NCBI GenBank assembly: GCA_041487935.1
Contig: JBGPOG010000001.1
Coordinates: forward strand, 1 to 32,016
Length of the DNA stretch: 32,016 nt
Origin: Chthonomonadia bacterium
Lineage (GTDB): Bacteria; Armatimonadota; Chthonomonadetes; Chthonomonadales; CAJBBX01
Direction of reading: 5' to 3'
Shown: positions 1 to 7,300 of the stretch, one piece after another
How the letters are laid out: every line of letters begins with the position of its first letter
Numbering within the stretch: the first letter of the stretch is position 1
Notes under the pieces: generated by a model
The model's input: the letters and a program-made list of their open reading frames with translations, nothing else
Databases searched by the model: none
Told to the model about the DNA's origin: nothing
Position numbers and translations under genes: made by a program

Positions 1-114
1 GTCATCCTGAACGGAGTGAAGTCCATACGGACCCGTACCGGGGGATCTGTTTTTGATCTCACAGATCTTTCGGTGCCGGGCTAAAAGCGGATGCTTCACT
101 CCGTTCAGCATGAC
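1..114. repeat. Inverted-repeat (REP/MITE-like) element at the window edge
   Basis: Arm 1-21 (gtcatcctgaacggagtgaag) is the reverse complement of arm 94-114 (cttcactccgttcagcatgac) with 20/21 matches. An inner 7-bp hairpin is gatctgt (44-50) / acagatc (61-67). The element lies just downstream of the minus-strand gene ending at 151. It may be truncated by the window start. Confidence 0.5.
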
Positions 115-150
115 GGCAGTGCGACTTTTGCAATTACCTCCCAAATTAAC

Positions 151-357
151 CTATTCCGCTTCCGCGATGCTCTTCGGTGTTTCCTCTACTTCTTCGGTCT
201 GCCAGTTATCGCAATCTAGCCGCTTGCAGTGGAGCATGCGGCGATTGGAACTGTCCTCCATCTCGACGGTCGCAATAGAGGCAAAACGGCACGACAGGCA
301 GAGAGCGGGTTCCATGAGCCGCACTATTTTGAGGCGCGTGTTTTCTTCGCGTTGCAT
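151..357 (-). CDS. Small Cys-rich hypothetical protein with a possible zinc-ribbon (CxxC ... Cx4C)
   Basis: The open frame is 151-402. An ATG at 357 is preceded by GAGGA 7-8 nt upstream, and a GTG at 402 is an alternative start. Motifs CLSC and CKRLDC are present. It sits 10-55 nt downstream of the STAS gene on the same strand. I recognise no family. Confidence 0.45.
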   Translation of the reverse strand: MQREENTRLKIVRLMEPALCLSCRFASIATVEMEDSSNRRMLHCKRLDCDNWQTEEVEETPKSIAEAE

Positions 358-412
358 CGGATTATCCTCGTACAGACGGAAACCGTCTGGTCGTATTTTC
401 ACTGGAACCGCG

Positions 413-805
413 TCACAGCCTTGGCTTCGCCGTACTCAACTCTCCAGGAGCGAGCATCGGAACTCGCTTAATCCGCGCAATGGCGCTCTCTTCGGTAGCT
501 GCCAATCGAAAGACGCGTTGCGCCTGCTGTTTACAAAGCTCGTCGCGCTGCTCGGCATTAACTACGAGATCGATGTGTCCAAAATGATCGCGAACTGACT
601 GGACGGTCCGTCCCAATCCGGCAAGGGCGGAAACGCCGCCCAGGGCTCGCTTTACGTTCAAAACGATCTCGAAATGGCCTGCGCCGACGAGGGACGCAAT
701 CATCTCGGTTAACGCCTCTGTTACACCAGGCGCCCATTCCCCGAGCACGTCAACGATCGGCACGCCGCTGTGCAGCCGCAAACGAACAGCATTCTCAGCA
801 GACAC
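413..805 (-). CDS. STAS-domain protein (anti-sigma-factor antagonist / SpoIIAA-like fold)
   Basis: 130 aa with a GTG start and GGAG about 11 nt upstream. The sequence pattern EIVLNVKRA...LAGLGRTVQSVRDHFGHIDLVVNAEQRDEL...RVFRLAATEESAI matches the STAS layout. The plus-strand ORF 53-598 is its shadow. Confidence 0.7.
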   Translation of the reverse strand: MSAENAVRLRLHSGVPIVDVLGEWAPGVTEALTEMIASLVGAGHFEIVLNVKRALGGVSALAGLGRTVQSVRDHFGHIDLVVNAEQRDELCKQQAQRVFRLAATEESAIARIKRVPMLAPGELSTAKPRL

Positions 806-810
806 GGTAA

Positions 811-993
811 TTATCTCCGTCCTTCAAATCTGGATGCCATAATTATCGGTATCCGGCGCCCAGGTCCTGAGGACGAAAGTTCGCAAATGCCACCTGGCCA
901 TTCAATAACAATCCGATTCAAAAACCGGTCTTGTTGCCAAGCAGATTGCTTGTTATAATCTTGAAACATGCGAACTTGTTGGGATTGTTCCAC
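811..993 (-). CDS. Hypothetical small protein (weak call)
   Basis: 60-codon frame with a GTG start, ending 6 nt before the STAS gene. The region is AT-richer than its surroundings. No recognisable domain. Confidence 0.25.
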   Translation of the reverse strand: MEQSQQVRMFQDYNKQSAWQQDRFLNRIVIEWPGGICELSSSGPGRRIPIIMASRFEGRR

Positions 994-1060
994 AACGCGA
1001 TACCAGGTTTCACCAATGTCATTTTGTGAACGTTAAGCATGGCGATCGAACGAGGTTCTG

Positions 1061-2290
1061 ATGACGATCATCTCACAATCCGCTGATAGGCTGCTTCCGA
1101 AGGCGGCATCGCTCCTATGCGACCTTATCGAACTTCCGACGGTATCCGGTTCGGAGGAGCCTGCGATCGAGCGGTTGAGCCAGGAGTTTGAGGGCGGCAT
1201 ATGTAAAACGGAGATCCACGACATCGAGGAGTCGATCAAATCGGATCCCGATTATGCGGGTCTCGATCTCGGACTGGAATACGATGGGCGGCACAATCTC
1301 TATGTGCGCGCCGGCTCGGGCGAAGTGAACCGGCGTCTCATTCTTCAGACTCACGTGGACGTCGTCCCGGCGGGGGATTGGCCGGATGCGTTCCGCCCGC
1401 GAGTTCAAGGCGATGCCGTCTTCGGGCGCGGCGCGTGCGACTGCAAGGGGCAGGCCGCGACATTGTGGCTTGCTCTGGCCGCACTGGAAGACGCGGGGAT
1501 CGAGCTTAGAGGGCGCGTCTGCGCTCAGTTTGTCATTGAAGAGGAGATCGGCGGCAACGGCGCACTTGCGACCATACTCGATGGCGAAAGAGCCGATGCC
1601 GCGGTGATTCTAGAGCCGACGGGGATGAACGTCCACCCCGCATGCCGCGGAGCGTGCTGGTTCAGGATCAACATCCATGGTCGCAGCGTTCACATGGGCC
1701 GCAAGTACGAAGGGGTGAACGCGATCGAGAAGGCGATGAGCGTAATTGCGGATTTGCAGGCATTCGAGACGCGCCTGGTCGAGGAGAGCTTGAACCAACC
1801 GCTGTTCGAGCGGTACGACCGCCCGGTCCAGGTAAATGTCGGAACGATCCGAGCCGGCGATTGGCCCTCCATGGTGCCCGGGGAGTGCGAGATCGAGGGC
1901 GGGGTAGGATTCCTGCCAAACAAGCCTATGCGGGTAATCCAAGACGAATTGCGCCAGATTCTGGCGGAATCAGAAGATCCGTGGATTCGAGAACACTCGC
2001 GGATTGACTTCCCAAAGCTTCGCAACGACGCCTATGCCGGAGACCCGAACCATCCTGCCGTCCAATGCCTCGCGAGCGCGTGCCTGGCGAACGGACTACC
2101 CGGCGACGTATTTGGTTGGAATGTATCCTGCGATGCGCGACTCTATGCGCTGCGGGGTGGGATGCCGGCAATCGTGTTTGGACCGGGCGACGTGAAGGAT
2201 GCGCACTCGAATCACGAGCAGATAAATCTTTCCGATATTGCAAAGGCCGCGACGGTTCTTGCGGAATTCATCGTGGCTTGGTGCGGGTAG
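1061..2290 (+). CDS. M20-family metallopeptidase (ArgE/DapE/acetylornithine deacetylase-like)
   Basis: 409 aa with an ATG start and GAGG 5 nt upstream. The M20 metal-ligand and catalytic motifs are present: HVDVVP, GRGACDCKG, VIEEEIGG, and a C-terminal HSNHE. Confidence 0.9.
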   Translation: MTIISQSADRLLPKAASLLCDLIELPTVSGSEEPAIERLSQEFEGGICKTEIHDIEESIKSDPDYAGLDLGLEYDGRHNLYVRAGSGEVNRRLILQTHVDVVPAGDWPDAFRPRVQGDAVFGRGACDCKGQAATLWLALAALEDAGIELRGRVCAQFVIEEEIGGNGALATILDGERADAAVILEPTGMNVHPACRGACWFRINIHGRSVHMGRKYEGVNAIEKAMSVIADLQAFETRLVEESLNQPLFERYDRPVQVNVGTIRAGDWPSMVPGECEIEGGVGFLPNKPMRVIQDELRQILAESEDPWIREHSRIDFPKLRNDAYAGDPNHPAVQCLASACLANGLPGDVFGWNVSCDARLYALRGGMPAIVFGPGDVKDAHSNHEQINLSDIAKAATVLAEFIVAWCG

Positions 2291-2325
2291 GACGAATTAT
2301 TTTGTCAAGAGCAGTGTCTCAATCG

Positions 2326-2634
2326 TTATGCCGCGATGGGAAGTTTCTCCCCAGGAGCTTCCGGCACTTCCGTACTCAATGATTCGGCGCCCGGCATGGC
2401 GGCTAGCCGTTGTAGGAGAGTGTCTCGGAGCGAATCTCCGCCGGAGTAAACGCGCAAAACTTCGGCGAAGCGAAGGTATTCCTCCCACCCCGACCGCAGG
2501 CATTCGACGGCAAGCGCCTCCGCGCCCCGCAAAAAATAGGCCTCGGAAAGCCAGAGGTTTGTCTCGATGCTATCAAGAATAGATCCGACACTGGTTTCCT
2601 CGGTCTCCTCTATCCGTTCGATTGCTGAGTTCAT
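2326..2634 (-). CDS. Hypothetical helical protein
   Basis: The frame is 2326-2685. I prefer the ATG at 2634 (MNSAIERIEE...) because GGGAGAG lies about 8 nt upstream. It is convergent with the peptidase gene and divergent from the sigma-factor cassette. No recognisable domain. Confidence 0.45.
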   Translation of the reverse strand: MNSAIERIEETEETSVGSILDSIETNLWLSEAYFLRGAEALAVECLRSGWEEYLRFAEVLRVYSGGDSLRDTLLQRLAAMPGAESLSTEVPEAPGEKLPIAA

Positions 2635-2946
2635 TAGATATCTCTCCCTTTTTGGATGTTCGATGCGATACGGAGCCATCTTCATTAAGTACCGGCTTCC
2701 ACGATCCGTTCCTTAACGTCTGGCGGCGCGTTGTATTGCAGGGTATTCGGCGCGAAACGGCGTAATGAATTTCGGAATTCAGCATTGCGTCGACGCATGC
2801 CGCACCACCGCGGACTTACTCGCGCGGATACTGCGCAAACCGGAAAAAGGAACGGATTTATTTTTTCGCACTTTTTCGCCGTCGGATTTTCCGCTTTTGA
2901 GCCGTTGGCGGGAGTAAGGGAGCGGCGGTCGTAGAGGAGAACTTTC

Positions 2947-3693
2947 TTGCGCGGAACCCACGCGCTGTTGAGACCGCTTACAAGAGACTACACGCGAGAA
3001 CCGCAGGTGGTCGCTCAGATTCTCACCATGCAAGGCTTGGAGGATTCTGAGTTTTGGCGGCGCGTTTCGCTTGAGAACCACCTCGATCCGGATTGCCCGT
3101 TTCCGGAAAGTTTGGTTTGCTGGATACGTGAGTTTATGGACCGGGGCGACAGCAGGCGCGCGTGGGACGTTGTCACGGCGCTCGAGCGGCGGGTTGCGCG
3201 GATTGTCGATCGTGGTCTAACGCGAGTTTACGATTTGAGGCAGGATCAGATCGAGGATCTAACGCTGGATCTCATTACGAACCTATATCACGAATGGCTC
3301 AGTCTCGAACCGCCACATGAGTTCTGGGAGATACGGTTTATCTTTTGTCTAAAGCGGAAATTGATTTCGCACGTGAGACGCTTCATTCGCGACCGGGATA
3401 TCGAAGTCGATTTGGCCGGCGGCATTCAATCTGCGGCAGATGCAGAAGATCCGCTTTCGAGGCTCTCAGACCAGCGATCGATCGACACTGAGAATGCCGC
3501 CATTGCCAACGTCGCTCTTGACCAGCTCGGGTATCCGCTTAACCGGGCATTCTTTCTCTACCATTATGGCGAGCTGACGCAGGAGCAGATCGCCAAGGTG
3601 CTTGGAGTTACCGAGCGCACCGTGCGCAATTGGCTTCGAAAGGCGGAAGATCTGCTTGAAATTCGGAGAAGCCAGGAGGGTTACATCCAATGA
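2947..3693 (+). CDS. Sigma-70 family (ECF-like) RNA polymerase sigma factor with an N-terminal extension
   Basis: TTG start at 2947 with GAGGAG 7 nt upstream. An ATG at 3028 is an alternative start. The region-2-like segment is DQIEDLTLDLITNLYHEW...FWEIRFIFCLKRKLISHVRR. The region-4 HTH is LNRAFFLYHYGELTQEQIAKVLGVTERTVRNWLRKAEDLL. Its stop overlaps the next gene's ATG (ATGA at 3690-3693). Confidence 0.8.
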   Translation: MRGTHALLRPLTRDYTREPQVVAQILTMQGLEDSEFWRRVSLENHLDPDCPFPESLVCWIREFMDRGDSRRAWDVVTALERRVARIVDRGLTRVYDLRQDQIEDLTLDLITNLYHEWLSLEPPHEFWEIRFIFCLKRKLISHVRRFIRDRDIEVDLAGGIQSAADAEDPLSRLSDQRSIDTENAAIANVALDQLGYPLNRAFFLYHYGELTQEQIAKVLGVTERTVRNWLRKAEDLLEIRRSQEGYIQ

Positions 3694-4322
3694 GTCGAGA
3701 TATCGATTCGGTGCTGCTTGAATATGACACCGCAGCAGACCAGCCCGGCGGGACAAAACTCGCTGACTGGATCGCGCGGTATCCCGAGTACCAGGACGAT
3801 CTGATCGATTACGCCTATTACAACTTCGTTTTCCAGAAGGGCGAGTCTTATAGGCGAACGGACGCAAAAGCGGCGGGGTATCTAACCCTGGCGGGAGTCG
3901 TACGCGAGCGAATGATGGCAGAAGGCCTATATGCCGCCGGCCGGTCCGCCGATCCGTTGAAAGGAATTCTCATTGCGGCGCGCGCACAAAGCATCGAGCC
4001 TCCTGAATTGGCTCGACGAATCGGGATCGGACTTCCGGTCGTTATCAAGCTCGATCGCCGGCTTATCCGGCCGTCGACGATACCCGTTGAATTGGTTTCC
4101 CGGATCGCTAAAGAGCTCCAGGCTTTCGTTTCGGACGTTTCCGCGTATCTCCGACGACCGCTTACCCTCTCACCACAGGCAAACTACCGGGCTTCGAGCG
4201 CGCCGCAGGTGAGCGCGGCTCAGGATTTTCTGGACGCACTGAATGCGTGTGCAGACGTCTCCGCCGAGCAAAAGGAGTTCTGGAAGAACGAGTCCGGGGT
4301 AGTTCTCGGCGACACGGAGTGA
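3690..4322 (+). CDS. XRE-like helix-turn-helix protein, the partner of the downstream ImmA/IrrE-domain protein
   Basis: 210 aa with an ATG overlapping the sigma gene's stop and AGGAGG 10 nt upstream. The central segment (about nt 3960-4124), PPELARRIGIGLPVVIKLDRRLIRPSTIPVELVSRIAKEL, has the XRE/Cro-type HTH layout. It occupies the position of the HTH partner in the canonical XRE + COG2856 gene pair. Confidence 0.65.
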   Translation: MSRDIDSVLLEYDTAADQPGGTKLADWIARYPEYQDDLIDYAYYNFVFQKGESYRRTDAKAAGYLTLAGVVRERMMAEGLYAAGRSADPLKGILIAARAQSIEPPELARRIGIGLPVVIKLDRRLIRPSTIPVELVSRIAKELQAFVSDVSAYLRRPLTLSPQANYRASSAPQVSAAQDFLDALNACADVSAEQKEFWKNESGVVLGDTE

Positions 4323-4326
4323 TGGT

Positions 4327-7300
4327 ATGACCGGCTGGCCCGCCATTCGATCAGAGGCCCGACGACACCGCCAGGAGAGTCTTGCGAGTGCAGACTCACA
4401 GGGCGGCCTCGTTCCCGCCGAAGAATTGATCGAATGCGCCTTGAACGCAGCGGGATTGTGCCGGCTTGCGCTCCCGTTGGACGATCCTCTGCTGGCAGGC
4501 GCCCATGCGGTTCTGGATCGCCAAGCAGGTTACATCTGGAACCGCGCTGGCCTGTCCCCTGAAACCACTCGCTTTAACATTGCCCACGAGCTTGCTCACT
4601 GGTGGCTTCACTCAGATTCTCGAATGGGATGCAGGGAGGAAGATATCGTCGACTCCCCGGTTGCCGAACCGCTGCCGTTTGGAGAGGCCTATGTCGCGGG
4701 ATACAGCCCCGCACAGCGCAGAGAGGTCGAGGCAAATGTCTTCGCAGCCGAATTTCTGCTCCCCGCTCCGTTGATCGAATCGCTGTTCCTGTCGCCCGAC
4801 CCTCCGAATACGAGCGAGAGTATTGCAGCCGCTATCGGAATCTCGGAAACCGTTGTGTTGGGGCAGATGGCGGAGACGCTGCTCCTGGACGATAGACGAT
4901 GGACGATGGACGATACGTCAATACCTCCGTGCGAAACCGATTCATACATCGTCGATCGTCGATCGTCCATCGTCGACGATCTTGATCCCTCTCAAAAACT
5001 GGCCGCAGAGATGGATCGCGGCCCGGCGCTGATTACGGCAGGGCCCGGAACCGGCAAGACGAGAACGCTGGTCGCTCGCATTCTGGCGCTGCTCGATCGC
5101 GGAGCGGCGCCGGAGCAGATCCTCGCTCTCACATTCTCGAACCGTGCCGCGAACGAGATGAGGTTACGGCTGGCCGAGGTCGTGCCCGCACAGACCCGAC
5201 GGTTGTGGATTGGCACGTTTCACGCGTTCGGCCTGGAGCTTTTGCGGCGATTCGGCACCCGGATTGGTTTGCCGGCCGATCCGAAATTGATAGATCCGGT
5301 GGATGCCGTGTCGCTGCTCGAAAACAACCTCGCGCGGCTCGACCTGGTCGAATATGAATACTTGCATCGCCCCTCGATCCCGTTTCGAGACATATTGTCG
5401 GCAATCTCGCGCGCCAAGGATGAGTTGATTTCGCCGGGACGGTACGCGGAGCTTGCCGAGGCGATGGAGGTCCCAAGCGACGGCAAGGAGCGCGAAGAAG
5501 CCGAGCGCGAACGTTCGAAAGCGCTGGAGGTTGCAAGGGTTTACCGCGTTTATGAAGAGATCCTCAGCGAGAAAGGCTTGCTCGATTTTGGAGATCTCAT
5601 TTATCGGGCTGTCGAGCTATTGAAAACCTATCCCGATGTGGCTGGTCTGGTACATAAAGAGTTCCGCCATCTGCTCGTCGATGAATACCAGGACATCAAT
5701 CGCGGCAGCGCGGTTCTTCTGAAGCTGGTCGTCGGAGAGGGTGAAGGCCTGTGGGCCGTGGGCGACCTTCGGCAGGCTATCTACCGATTCCGAGGCGCAT
5801 CTCCCGCCAATGTCAGCGCATTTGAAGAGGACTATCCTACTGGCAAAGAGCTTTCGCTCGAAATAAACTACCGGTCGCAGCCGAAACTGGTAGATCTCTT
5901 TAGCTGCGCTTCCAGGCAAATCTCCGCCGGTTCGGATTACGACGGGTGGCGCGCATTCCGAAACTCTACCGAATCGTCACTCATCTATGCCGAGGCCGAA
6001 GACGAAGCCGCCCACGCTGACGGCATCGCCCGGTCCATTCGGAATTTCGAGGTAGATGGATTCTCCCTCAACGATCAGGCAGTTCTTTGCAGGACAAACG
6101 CACAGGCAGACTGCCTTGCACGGGAATTGGAAGCCCGCAGCATACCGGTTCTCCATCTGGGTGGGCTGTTCGAACGCCCGGAAGTGAAAGATATGCTTTC
6201 GCTCCTCTCGCTGGCGGTGGAGCCCGGCGGATCGGGCATCGCCCGGGCGGCAGCCATTGACGAGTACCGCATGACAACCGAACAAGTAGCCGGTATTTTG
6301 GCGCGGGCAAGCGAAACCGGGGACGGTGTGGTTGCAGCATCAAAGGGTTCGCCGGAAGAGCAGCTTCCGGCATTCGGCCTGCTTAACAGCCATCTCTATC
6401 CGATTGCCTATCGAGGCGACGCCTGGGCATTCATCGCGCGGTATCTATTCGGACCGGCGCGATATCTTCGCGACAAGATTCGTGCCGGCACCGTCACAAA
6501 TCGCCAGGCGCGCCTTGCGCTCTATCAGCTTCTATTGACGGCAAAGGCCTTTTCGAGCAAAACAAGCATAGCGGTCTCCCAAGATGACGGCAAAAACGAT
6601 CACCCTCAGCGAGCATTTTTGGCGCATATTCGGCATCTTGTCTCAATTGGCGAGGACACGAGGGTGCGAGTACCAGGTGCGGCAGGCGGCCCGCCAGCCG
6701 TACGCATCATGACGATACATGCCTCAAAAGGGCTGGAATTCCCGGTGGTATTCCTACCCAACCTGTCGCAAGGCCAGTTTCCGAGCCGAAAGCGTGGGGG
6801 ACTCGTAAAGCTTCCGCCGGGCTTTGTGCCGGAACAGGAAGACTCCGATCGGCAGGAAGATGAATGCCTGTTTTTCGTCGGGCTATCGAGAGCTCGCGAT
6901 CATCTGGTCCTTACCCGCGCGAGAACGAGAAACGGCAAACAAATACAGCCGTCTCCACTCTTATCGTTGATCGAGGATCGATTCGAAGCCATTGGCGGCC
7001 TGAAAGAACAGTGGGGGACGGAACCGAACGTGAACGTTGAATTGCATGATGGGAACGTCGAATTCGCGGTGAGCGCGAGTATCCTAAGCAGTCCTGGTGC
7101 GGAGCAGGCTCCTTCAGTTTCCAGCGCGCATGCATTGGAAGAGTATATGAGCTGTCCCCGGAAGTACTTTTATTCAAGAGTGTTGAATTTAAGAAATGCC
7201 GGCGAGACGACGCCTTACGCCGCCTTCCACAAGTGCCTTTGGAATGTCATTCGGTGGTGGAGAGGTGAGCGCGAGGCGGGGAGAGTGCCCGGCAGAGTTG

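Noticed and set aside
53-598. 181-aa plus-strand ORF at the start of the window
   Set aside because: It has no family signature and a low-complexity Ser/Arg/Leu composition. It lies antisense to the STAS gene and the Cys-rich ORF, which have recognisable motifs, SD sites and tight operon spacing. I treat it as a shadow ORF.
2786-2797. 12-bp palindrome tgcgtcgacgca in the divergent region upstream of the sigma gene
   Set aside because: Perfect 12-bp palindromes are expected several times by chance in 32 kb (about 1 per 4 kb). It has no second copy or flanking symmetry, so I did not call it an operator.
4888-4981. Heptamer array as a CRISPR array or minisatellite
   Set aside because: The units are only 7 nt, lie inside an intact reading frame and are arranged as two inverted blocks, not as repeat-spacer units. 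This is not a CRISPR array.
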